From Bryobacterales bacterium (GTDB lineage: Bacteria > Acidobacteriota > Terriglobia > Bryobacterales > UBA6623): a DNA stretch of 64,000 nucleotides. The position numbers and the translations under genes are program-made. The notes beneath the pieces were generated by a model, which saw only the letters and a program-made list of their open reading frames with translations, was not told the origin of the DNA and did not search any database. Below are positions 9,093 through 17,378 of this stretch, in pieces; position 1 is the stretch's first letter, and each line of letters starts with the position of its first letter. The DNA lies in the NCBI GenBank assembly GCA_965226435.1, contig CBDDCY010000005.1, positions 141,966 through 205,965 on the forward strand, read 5' to 3'.

Positions 9093-9911
9093 ATGCCTAT
9101 TCCTTTCATCAAGGCCCAAGCGGTGGGCAACGATTTCTTGATCGTCGACGAAGCCGCGCTCCGTGCCGCCGGCATGGACGAACTCGGCTATGCCGAATTC
9201 TCGCGGCGCATCTGCGATCGGCATTGCGGTGTCGGCGCCGATGGTCTTGAGATCCTCCTCGCCGACCCCGCCGAAGGTGCCGACCATGCGATTCGCATCT
9301 TCAATTCCGATGGCAGCGAAGCCGAGATCTCGGGCAACGGCACGCGCTGTGTCGCGGCGGCATTGATGGAGGCCGGCGACGCTCCCGAATCCTTGCGCAT
9401 CGCCACGAGAGCCGGCGTCAAGACCCTGCTGTTGCTCGGACGCGAGGGCCCGCGATTTCAGATCGAAATGTCGATGGGCCGTCCGCGTTACAAGGAAGAC
9501 GAGATCGGCTGTACGCTCGAAACCTCAGCCGGCCCACGTAGCGCCACGATCGTCGATGTCGGCAATCCGCAATGCGTCTTTCTGGTTGACGATTTCGACT
9601 GGGATTGGCGGTCTCTGGGGCGGGAAATCGAGACTGATCCACGCTTTCCCGATCGCACCAACGTCTCCTTCGTCAAAGTCATCGACCGCCACACGATCGA
9701 CGTGCGGTTTTGGGAGCGCGGCGCCGGCGAAACCGCCAGTTCCGGGACAGGCTCGACGGGAGCGACAATCGGCGCGATTCTTTCCCGACGCTGCGAAAGC
9801 CCGATTCGCGTCATGACCGCGGCGGGCGATCTGAAACTTCGTTGGGAAGATGAGGTCGTGATGGTAGGCCCGGCAGTCGTGGTGTGTCGTGGCGAGTACC
9901 TGGACCAGTGA
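9093..9911 (+). CDS. dapF: diaminopimelate epimerase
   Basis: MPIPFIKAQAVGNDFLIVD..., SGNGTRCVAA and ...TASSGTGSTGA catalytic Cys/Ser-region motifs. Confidence 0.92.
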   Translation: MPIPFIKAQAVGNDFLIVDEAALRAAGMDELGYAEFSRRICDRHCGVGADGLEILLADPAEGADHAIRIFNSDGSEAEISGNGTRCVAAALMEAGDAPESLRIATRAGVKTLLLLGREGPRFQIEMSMGRPRYKEDEIGCTLETSAGPRSATIVDVGNPQCVFLVDDFDWDWRSLGREIETDPRFPDRTNVSFVKVIDRHTIDVRFWERGAGETASSGTGSTGATIGAILSRRCESPIRVMTAAGDLKLRWEDEVVMVGPAVVVCRGEYLDQ

Positions 9912-9994
9912 TGCGTACCTGAGCCCCCCAGAAGTGGCGCACAATCGGTTCACAGCTTCTTCCGCCCGGGCTCGCCGAATCGGCGCTTGTAACC

Positions 9995-10474
9995 TCAACC
10001 CCGCCCGAACCAGCTGCCGGCCCGAATGTGATTGAAGTTTATGACCGCAGTCTTCACCCTGGAGAGAGCCAGGTATAGATGGAGATCGTCCGTTAGGACA
10101 CAGTCCACCGAAGATGCTTGATGAAGTGTCCCGCAGTCGGCCAGGCCCAACGTCAGAAACTCTGGAACTGTAACGGCGTCCTTGCTGCGGACATAGTGTT
10201 CGTGAGTTTCTGGCACCAAGGCCCGTAGTTTGTGCATCACTTTGTTCTTTAAAGGTCCACCGGTCTGGCAAAGTAGATTGCTAGTTTCGGTCAGTATATT
10301 GGGTGTGACGGCGGTCTCCTGAAACTGGGACATGAAACGGCGAAGGAGTTCGAAGTCTTCTCTCTCGTAGGCCTGCGTCCTTTTGTGCAGCTTTATCGAA
10401 TCGTGCCCTACCAGACCGACCACGAAGAGAGTGAGAAGATTGGTGTCGAGAAGAATTGTTTTGCTGCCCGGCAT
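9995..10474 (-). CDS. PIN-domain protein (VapC-like putative toxin)
   Basis: Acidic residues spaced as in a PIN domain: LLDTNLL, TPNILTETSNLL, GLADCG, LTDDLHLY. Its ATG overlaps the stop of the upstream small gene (ATGA). Confidence 0.75.
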   Translation of the reverse strand: MPGSKTILLDTNLLTLFVVGLVGHDSIKLHKRTQAYEREDFELLRRFMSQFQETAVTPNILTETSNLLCQTGGPLKNKVMHKLRALVPETHEHYVRSKDAVTVPEFLTLGLADCGTLHQASSVDCVLTDDLHLYLALSRVKTAVINFNHIRAGSWFGRG

Positions 10475-10743
10475 CAGTGCTCCCAGATCGTAATGGACCT
10501 GACGACTCCGGATGCTCCGTCGAGTTCTACGACCTTGTACGTCCTTGTTGGGCTCTCAGGTTCCGTACCCAAAAGGAAGCCAGTCTTGTGATCCCAAGGA
10601 CGCGAGAATCCGACTGTCACGTTCCAGCTACCGGTCTCGCTGTCGAAGTCCACTTCCTCTAATCCGAGATTGGAAATTCGCTCACGTTCAAACAACTCGC
10701 TGACATACTTCACAGCGATCTTCACCGCTTCCTTAGCTTCCAT
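10474..10743 (-). CDS. small hypothetical protein, putative partner (antitoxin?) of the PIN protein
   Basis: 89 aa (MEAKEAVKIAVKYVSELFERERISNLGLEEVDFDSETGSWNVTVGF...). ATG at 10743 with GGAGAGAGG upstream. The track ORF 10474..11214 is extended by the antisense of IS630. Confidence 0.55.
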   Translation of the reverse strand: MEAKEAVKIAVKYVSELFERERISNLGLEEVDFDSETGSWNVTVGFSRPWDHKTGFLLGTEPESPTRTYKVVELDGASGVVRSITIWEH

Positions 10744-10809
10744 TTTTGCCGCCTCTCTCCTCCGCCAGGACTCAGCACGCAGGTTGAAACGAAATCGGTA
10801 TTCGCAGCC

Positions 10810-11219
10810 TATTGAGTCTCGCAAAATAAAGTGACACCTTTTTGGGGTACGTACGTCTTTGTATGTATGGGAAATACAAAAGGCGTACGGCGGGATTTCG
10901 AGGCCCTGGAGAAGCGCCGTTTCAAAGCGATCCGGTTGGTCGAGCAAGGCTGTAGTCAGTCCGAGACAGCGAGGCGATTGAAGGTCGCGCGGCAAAGCGT
11001 CAGCGAGTGGCTGCGACGATACCGGCGTGACGGCGAAGCCGGGTTGCGCCAGGCCGGCCGCGCCGGCCGTAAGCCGCTGTTGGACGCCGCGCAGCTCGAA
11101 CGCCTCGAGGCGTTGCTGCTGGAAGGCCCCGAGGCGCACGGCTTCCCGACGCCGCTGTGGAGCTGTCCGCGGGTCGCTCGTCTGATCGGAGACGAGTTCG
11201 GCGTGCGCTATCACGAGGG
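10810..11219 (+). mobile_element. 5' fragment of an IS630-family element (left IR plus first ~130 codons of the transposase), truncated
   Basis: By my base-by-base reading, 10810-11219 is identical to 27229-27638 of the intact copy. The match stops exactly at the left IR of the IS1595-family element. Confidence 0.88.
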
Positions 11220-11302
11220 GGATTATATACGATAGTGACGAAAAACACTTGACGAACTACGTCACTATCCTGTAAATTTGTCTTGTAAGTAGGAGATACG
11301 CA

Positions 11303-12259
11303 ATGGCTAACAAGGCACCGGGCAAGCACTTCCGACAGGGACTTTCGACCAAGGATTTCTACCGCATGTTTCCCGACGATGCATCCGCCGAACAGTGGTT
11401 CATTGAGTACCGTTGGTTTGACGGCATTACCTGTCCGCGTTGTGGATCGGACAACGTACAGACTGGAACGGCTCACAAGACCATGCCGTTCCGTTGCCGC
11501 AAGAGCAAGAAGCGCGGAACCTGCGGGAAACCGTTCAGCGTCAAGACCGGGACGTTCATGGAAGCATCGAACCTCGGCTATCAGGATTGGCTCTATGCCA
11601 TGTACCTTGTCGTTACCAACCTGAAGAGCGTGGCATCCATGAAAATGCACCGGGAGTTGGGAATCACCCAGAAATCGGCATGGCATCTTGTTCACAGAAT
11701 CCGAAAGGTGTGGACCATTTCTGACCATAAGTTGTTCAATGGTCCTGTTGAGGCGGATGAGGTCTACATCGGCGGACTGGAAAAGAACAAGCACGAGTCC
11801 AAGAAGTTGAAGGCCAGTCGTGGATCGGTTGGGAAAGCCGCTGTTGTAGGTGTCAAGGATCGGGACACGAACGAGGTCCGGGCTACAGTGGTCGAGCGTA
11901 CAAATGCAGAAACCCTTCAAGGTTTCGTTCGCGCCAATACCGACCCTGAAGCCACTGTCTACACGGATGAAGCAAGTGCCTACACTGGCGTTGCCAAGTC
12001 ACACAAATCGGTCAAGCACTCGGTTGGTGAATACGTTCGCGGGCAGGCCCACACGAACGGCATTGAATCCTTCTGGTCCATGCTGAAACGCGCTCACAAG
12101 GGAACGTTCCACAAGCTGTCAGCCAAACACCTTCACCGCTACGTGAGTGAGTTTGCGGGACGCCACAACATCCGCAGCATGGGCACTCTCGATCAAATGC
12201 GTTTCGTTGTTTTGAGCATGGACGGTGCTCAACTTCGTTACAAGGACTTGGTGAGGTGA
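11303..12259 (+). CDS. IS1595-family (ISXO2-like) DDE transposase
   Basis: N-terminal zinc ribbon CPRCGSDNV...FRCRKSKKRGTCGKPF, then VEADEVYIGG and NGIESFWSMLKRAHKGTFHKLSAKHLHRYVSEFAGRHN, typical of IS1595 transposases. Confidence 0.9.
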   Translation: MANKAPGKHFRQGLSTKDFYRMFPDDASAEQWFIEYRWFDGITCPRCGSDNVQTGTAHKTMPFRCRKSKKRGTCGKPFSVKTGTFMEASNLGYQDWLYAMYLVVTNLKSVASMKMHRELGITQKSAWHLVHRIRKVWTISDHKLFNGPVEADEVYIGGLEKNKHESKKLKASRGSVGKAAVVGVKDRDTNEVRATVVERTNAETLQGFVRANTDPEATVYTDEASAYTGVAKSHKSVKHSVGEYVRGQAHTNGIESFWSMLKRAHKGTFHKLSAKHLHRYVSEFAGRHNIRSMGTLDQMRFVVLSMDGAQLRYKDLVR

Positions 12260-13473
12260 AACCGCTACTGCTCGATCTGTTCTGTTGTGCGGGAGGCGCG
12301 GCCGCAGGTTACGTCGAGGCCGGGTTTGACGTGTTCGGCGTCGATGTGGTCGAACAGCCGAACTATCCATATCCGATGATGGTTGCGGATGCGCTAGCAC
12401 TGCCGTCTCTGGTATTCGATCAGTTTGATGCGGTTCATGCATCACCGCCATGCCAAGCCTATTCCGATCTCGCGGCCCGCAACGGCAACGCCGATGAATG
12501 GCCGCAACTGATTGAGCCGGTACGGGACATTCTGAAGGCAACCGGCAAGCCCTATGTAATCGAAAACGTTGATGGGGCACCGTTACGGGACTACGTTGTT
12601 CTCTGCGGAACGATGTTCCATGAACTGCGCGTGCTTCGGCATCGTCTGTTCGAGTCAAACTTTCGCATCATCACGCCGCCGCACCGTCCGCATCCGATCT
12701 GTCATACGTTGGACAAGCGCAAGGCGCACTACGGCAGGACAGACGAATGGAAGGATTATGTCAGTGTCAACGGCGGTGGAAACTGCTCTGTCGCTTCCGC
12801 ACGAGACGCGATGGGCATTCCATGGATGACGAAAAAGGAGATCAATGAGGCGATTCCGCCTGTCTACACGCACTGGATCGGAGATCAACTCAAACGGGAG
12901 ATCGAAAACGTGCCAAAACGCGAAAGCATAAAGTCGATACTCAAGGCTTTTTTCCTTGCGAATAAGGGGCTGGTTCTCACATCCGCGCAGTTGCAGGCGG
13001 TGATCGGTAATGACCGAACGGAGTGGGCACGCCGTGTTCGTGAATTGCGGCGCGATGAGGGTTGGCCGATTGAGACGAATAACGATGACGCCGACCTGAA
13101 ACCTGGGCAATACCGTTTGACTGGCGATCCACCAGCACCCGGTACATACGTGTTCCATGACATATCGCAGGCGCAACGTGCCCGCATCCTTCAGCGCAAC
13201 GGTTATACGTGCCAAGCGTGCGGCGCGGGCGTCGAAGACAAGATGTCGGACGGTCGCACCGTTCGGCTTGTCATCGACCATCACGAAGCCCGTACGCATG
13301 GCGGAGCAACCGCCGACTCCAACCTGCGCGTCCTCTGCCACGAGTGCAACGCTGGCGCAAAGGACTTCACCGCGCAACCGCCGACATATACGCGAGTCAT
13401 GGCTACGGTTCGTAGTGCCAAGCGCGAGGATCAGTTTCGCGTGCTGGAACAGCTTGAGAGGAAGTTTCGATGA
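12256..13473 (+). CDS. fusion protein: DNA (cytosine-5) methyltransferase domain + wHTH-like segment + HNH nuclease domain
   Basis: C5-MTase motifs DLFCCAGGAAAGY (I), ASPPCQAYS (IV), VIENV (VI) and AIPPVY (X-like). C-terminal HNH: CQACG...IDHHEARTHGG...NLRVLCHECN. The GTG start overlaps the transposase stop (GTGA). Confidence 0.8.
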   Translation: MKPLLLDLFCCAGGAAAGYVEAGFDVFGVDVVEQPNYPYPMMVADALALPSLVFDQFDAVHASPPCQAYSDLAARNGNADEWPQLIEPVRDILKATGKPYVIENVDGAPLRDYVVLCGTMFHELRVLRHRLFESNFRIITPPHRPHPICHTLDKRKAHYGRTDEWKDYVSVNGGGNCSVASARDAMGIPWMTKKEINEAIPPVYTHWIGDQLKREIENVPKRESIKSILKAFFLANKGLVLTSAQLQAVIGNDRTEWARRVRELRRDEGWPIETNNDDADLKPGQYRLTGDPPAPGTYVFHDISQAQRARILQRNGYTCQACGAGVEDKMSDGRTVRLVIDHHEARTHGGATADSNLRVLCHECNAGAKDFTAQPPTYTRVMATVRSAKREDQFRVLEQLERKFR

Positions 13474-13700
13474 TTAATGGAAAGACCAAAAAACCCAAAA
13501 CAGTAGAGATCGTTCGATCCGACTACCAGCCGACCAAATCCGAGTTGGAAGAGGAATTAGAGCCTCTCGACGTACCGGGCAAGACCGTGAACGAACGCAT
13601 GAAGACTCTGGCAAGGGAACTGTTACAGCCGGTCAAGTTGCGCAGGATCGACCGGCCACGGAAACGACGCTGCTTCAGAGTGCGTCACTATTCGATATAA
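13470..13700 (+). CDS. small basic hypothetical protein, last gene of the IS1595-family element
   Basis: 76-aa ORF. Its ATG overlaps the stop of the MTase-HNH gene (ATGA), and its last codons and stop lie inside the right IR. Confidence 0.4.
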   Translation: MINGKTKKPKTVEIVRSDYQPTKSELEEELEPLDVPGKTVNERMKTLARELLQPVKLRRIDRPRKRRCFRVRHYSI

Positions 13701-13765
13701 TCCCCGCCGTGACTGCTGCAATACACGAGCATCGCCCGCGGACCTCGCTCGATAAGGATACCGCC

Positions 13766-14431
13766 ATGACTACCCGAAAATTCGGAATCTCTTTGCTCAC
13801 TCTCGGCCTCGCCCTTTCCGGGGCGCTCGATACCGCCTCGGCGGCCGACGAAGGCTGGATCACGCTTTTCGACGGGTCAAGCCTCGACGGCTGGCGCGCG
13901 AGCGAAACGAAAGACACGTTTCGACTAAGCGACGGCCTGATCGTCGCCAACGGCAATCGTAGCCATCTCTTCTATGTCGGCGACGTCAACGGCGGCAAGT
14001 TCCAGAATTTCGAGTTGAAAGTCGACGTCAAGACCAAGCACAACTCGAACGGCGGCGTCTACTTCCATACGGCTTATCAGGAAGTCGGCTGGCCGGATAA
14101 GGGTTTCGAAGTCCAGGTCAACAATACTTTCAAGGACCCGCGCATGACCGGCAGCCTTTACGCCGTTTCCGACGTCGCCAAGGCACCCGCGCGGGACGGC
14201 GAGTGGTTCACCGAGCACATCATCGTCCAAGGGAAGAAGGTCACGATCAAGGTCGACGGCGAAACCGTGATCGAATGGCCGGAACCCGACGATTGGCCCG
14301 GCCTGATCGATCCCGCCAACGGCCAAAACTTCCCACAGCGGAAGATTGACAGCGGCACGTTCGCGCTGCAGGGCCACGACCCGGGCAGCACCGTCTATTA
14401 CCGCAATATTCGCGTCAAGCCCTTGCCGTAA
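13766..14431 (+). CDS. DUF1080 (3-keto-disaccharide hydrolase-like) secreted protein
   Basis: Signal peptide MTTRKFGISLLTLGLALSGALDTASA, then EGWITLFDGSSLDGWR ... FALQGHDPGSTVYYRNIRVKPL, the typical DUF1080 signature. Confidence 0.85.
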   Translation: MTTRKFGISLLTLGLALSGALDTASAADEGWITLFDGSSLDGWRASETKDTFRLSDGLIVANGNRSHLFYVGDVNGGKFQNFELKVDVKTKHNSNGGVYFHTAYQEVGWPDKGFEVQVNNTFKDPRMTGSLYAVSDVAKAPARDGEWFTEHIIVQGKKVTIKVDGETVIEWPEPDDWPGLIDPANGQNFPQRKIDSGTFALQGHDPGSTVYYRNIRVKPLP

Positions 14432-14512
14432 CGAGCAGTGACGACACTCGCGTTTGTCTTGTTCGCCCCCTCGGACCCGGCGATCCACGACCTGTAAGAA
14501 TGGAAAGTCTCG

Positions 14513-15349
14513 ATGCCCGCGCCGCGTATTCCCCGTTGGATTGGCTGGCCGTTACTCGGCCTGTGGACTTACTTTGTGCTGACCTTCTTCGCTAACAGGG
14601 CGATGTTTCACCCGACCCGCTACCCCGACGGGCCTTGGGAGATGCAAGCGCATTGGAAAGCCGAGGACGTGTGGCTTCGGACCTCCGACGGGGTCAAGAT
14701 TCACGGTTGGATGATTCCCGCGGCGGACTCGAGCCCGCTGATCACGCTCTATTTTCACGGCAACGCCGGGAACTTGACCCACCGCGTCGATCACATCGAG
14801 GCGATTGTCGAGGCCGGCACGCCGATGCTGATCATCGACTATCCCGGTTACGGGAAGAGTGATGGTTCGGCATCGGAGAGGGGTTGTTACCGGGCCGCCG
14901 ACGCGGCTTACGAGCACTTGACGGGTCAGGGCTATTCGCCGGAGCAGATTGTTCTCTATGGGGAGTCGCTGGGTACGGCCGCGGCCGTCGATTTGGCCGC
15001 GAGAAAGCCTTCGGCGGGAGTGGTCTTGGAGGCGCCCTTCCCCTCGGCGCGAGCGGTGGCGGCTCGGGTGCTGCCCTTCCTGGGGCCCTTGGTTGTTTCG
15101 GGCCTCGACACCGGCGACAAGGTCGCGAATATCAAAGCGCCGGTCTTCGTCCTACACGGGACGCAAGACCAAGTGATCGCCTACGACTTGGGGCAGGAAG
15201 TCTTCGAGCTTGCGAATGAGCCTAAGCGATTTTGGGCGGTCGAGGGCGCGCACCACAGCGACATTGTTGTGCGCGAAGGACCGGAATATGTGAAGAGGCT
15301 GCGGGAGTTCCACGCGAGCCTGCCGGCCGCGGCGGCCGACAAGCCTTAG
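14513..15349 (+). CDS. alpha/beta hydrolase
   Basis: Nucleophile elbow GESLGTAAA, HGNAGN oxyanion region, N-terminal TM segment. Confidence 0.8.
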   Translation: MPAPRIPRWIGWPLLGLWTYFVLTFFANRAMFHPTRYPDGPWEMQAHWKAEDVWLRTSDGVKIHGWMIPAADSSPLITLYFHGNAGNLTHRVDHIEAIVEAGTPMLIIDYPGYGKSDGSASERGCYRAADAAYEHLTGQGYSPEQIVLYGESLGTAAAVDLAARKPSAGVVLEAPFPSARAVAARVLPFLGPLVVSGLDTGDKVANIKAPVFVLHGTQDQVIAYDLGQEVFELANEPKRFWAVEGAHHSDIVVREGPEYVKRLREFHASLPAAAADKP

Positions 15350-15414
15350 CGTGTTTGCCGCGGGATCGCCTCGGAAGAGCCCATTGCCCAGGAAACCGGG
15401 CGGATCTCCTTGAC

Positions 15415-15858
15415 CTATCTGAGTCCTAGTCCGCCGGCTTGACTTTTGTTGGCCTCACGCTGATCGAGGAGCGCGTTTAGCTTCTGGATGGCCTGGGCGT
15501 GCTTATGGACGTTGTTGCCCAGCCAGCCTAGGACAGCTACCAGTAAGCCCACTAGAGGAATCAAAATTGCGAAGGCTGTTTCCATTTTTCCAATCATCTT
15601 GGCCTGTGAGGCCTGGATTGTCGTTATCGAGACCTCAAGAGCGCCTAAACTGCTATCGGCCTTGTCAACCGCTTCCTGTAGACGCTGCGACCGCTCATGT
15701 AAGACCAAGAGGATCTCGTGGTCGCTTTGCGGCGTAGGTTGCGGGGCTTTGACGCCCTTGGGCCAAAAGGGCCGCGGGAAGCAGCAACACAACGACACAT
15801 CCGACCGAGAAGCGCAACGCGAGGAAACCTCTGCATAGAGAATACCATGCAGGACCAA
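15415..15858 (-). CDS. hypothetical protein with a C-terminal TM helix (start uncertain)
   Basis: 147-aa ORF in a visibly lower-GC stretch. TM segment AFAILIPLVGLLVAVLGWL. No family recognised. Confidence 0.3.
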   Translation of the reverse strand: MVLHGILYAEVSSRCASRSDVSLCCCFPRPFWPKGVKAPQPTPQSDHEILLVLHERSQRLQEAVDKADSSLGALEVSITTIQASQAKMIGKMETAFAILIPLVGLLVAVLGWLGNNVHKHAQAIQKLNALLDQREANKSQAGGLGLR

Positions 15859-15959
15859 ATTCTCAGTTGAGCTTCATGATCCGCCACTCTCCGCCCTGCG
15901 ACAGTGGCCGTCGAAGAGATTGCCGGAACGTGTGGAGCGATCGAAGACAATTCCTTCGC

Positions 15960-16952
15960 CTATTCCCCGAAAGCCGCGTCAAACGCTCTGCCCGAGGGGG
16001 TGAAGTCGAGGTTGCGGACAAACTGTTGGGCGTCGGCGGCGCCGTGCTCGCGGTCCATGCCGGCGTCTTCCCACTCGACGGAAAGAGGACCTTGATAACC
16101 GATCTCGTTGAGGGCGCGGATGATCTCTTCGAAGTCGACCGCGCCGTGGCCGGGCGAACGGAAATCCCAACCTCGCTCGGCTTGCCCGAAGTTCAGGTGC
16201 GAGCCGAGAATGCTGGTTCTGCCGTCCAATTGGAGGCCGCAGTCTTTCATGTGGCTGTGATAGATGCGGTCGGGAAAGGTGCGGATAAATCGAGCCGGGT
16301 CGACGTATTGCCACACCAGATGGCTGGGGTCGAAATTGAAGCCCAAGGTCTTGCGCCGCCCCACGGCATCGAGCATTCGCTCGGCGGTAATGATGTCATA
16401 GGCGATGCTGGTCGGGTGACATTCGTAGGCTACGCGGACGCCGGCTTGGTCAAAGGCGTCAAAGAGCGGGTTCCAGACTTCGGCGAAATGACGGAAGCCC
16501 GCTTCGATCGTTTCCTCGGCGACCGGCGGGAAACTGTAGAGCAAGTGCCAAATCGACGAACCCGCCAAGGTTGTCACCACCGGGACGCCCATGTTGCGCG
16601 CCGCTTGGGCCGAAGCCGTCACGGAACGAATCGCCCATTCGCGTTTCTTGTCCGGGTCGCCCGCGCAATCGGCCGGCGCGAAGGCGTCGGAGCGAGCGTC
16701 GTCATTGGCGTCGAGCGTCAACTGCCCGGCGATGGCACAGGAAATCGCCCAACAGTCGAGCCCGTGTTTCGCGAGCACGGCTTTTTGGGCGGCGCAATAC
16801 GCGGGGTCTTCGGCGGCCCGAAAGACATCGAGGTGATCGCCCCAGGTCGCCAGCTCGAGCCCGTCGTAACCCCAGGCGGCAGCCTTTTCGGCTAACTCGG
16901 CCAGGGGCATGTCCGCCCACTGACCTGTCATAAGCGTAATGGGTCGCCTCAT
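15960..16952 (-). CDS. sugar phosphate isomerase/epimerase (xylose isomerase-like TIM barrel)
   Basis: MRRPITLMTGQWADMPLAELAEKAAAWGYDGLELA... ATG at 16952 with GGAGG upstream. Confidence 0.85.
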   Translation of the reverse strand: MRRPITLMTGQWADMPLAELAEKAAAWGYDGLELATWGDHLDVFRAAEDPAYCAAQKAVLAKHGLDCWAISCAIAGQLTLDANDDARSDAFAPADCAGDPDKKREWAIRSVTASAQAARNMGVPVVTTLAGSSIWHLLYSFPPVAEETIEAGFRHFAEVWNPLFDAFDQAGVRVAYECHPTSIAYDIITAERMLDAVGRRKTLGFNFDPSHLVWQYVDPARFIRTFPDRIYHSHMKDCGLQLDGRTSILGSHLNFGQAERGWDFRSPGHGAVDFEEIIRALNEIGYQGPLSVEWEDAGMDREHGAADAQQFVRNLDFTPSGRAFDAAFGE

Positions 16953-17378
16953 AGTAGAAACCTCCGGTGCTCTATCGAAGAGGACGGGCAACGTCACCCC
17001 GGCGCGCCTATTCTAACGCGCCCGTCTTTCACCGTCTACAATGAAATCCTGTCCACGCGGACACGCCCCTTGTGGGCTCCGGTCCTCGGCGCGGATTCCG
17101 CGCGCCGGGGACCACCAAACTCACTCGCCTAGACCCAAGTTCGACATGACGCGCGCGGCTCGGTTTCAAGATGTGCGGAGCGACCACGACGTATCAGCCG
17201 CCGACCATGCGTTCCGTAAAACCCAAGCCACCGAAAGCCACCAACACGAGTGGCGCAAGATCGATCATGATCGAGCAACGCCCGCCCCCCCGCATTCCGG
17301 TCAGGAAATCCGGACGCGAACAACAATCGGCCACTTTGAGGAGGTCGGAACCTTTTCGAGTTGCGGCAAATGCCGGGT

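Larger units (their letters stand above)
11218..13705 (+). mobile_element. IS1595-family element carrying passenger genes (transposase, MTase-HNH fusion, small ORF)
   Basis: Terminal inverted repeats GGGGATTATATACGATAGTGACG (11218-11240) and the reverse complement of 13683-13705, GGGGATTATATCGAATAGTGACG (20/23 match), enclose three overlapping genes. Confidence 0.8.

Noticed and set aside
10744-11214. N-terminal parts of track ORFs 10474..11214(-) and 26518..27681(-), which share the sequence MIAHAELVSDQTSDPRTAPQRRREAV...
   Set aside because: The shared sequence is simply the antisense strand of the IS630 left end, read through into the neighbouring genes. The real genes are the 89-aa ORF (10474-10743) and the 3' half of the Mrr gene (26518-27228).
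17000-17378. A 380-bp gap with small ORFs (17041..17502+, 17194..17382-, including a hydrophobic MIDLAPLVLVAFGGLGF peptide).
   Set aside because: There are no RBS or family signatures. The ORFs overlap each other and the stop region of the DUF2817 gene. The gap is more likely the promoter/leader of the isomerase gene.
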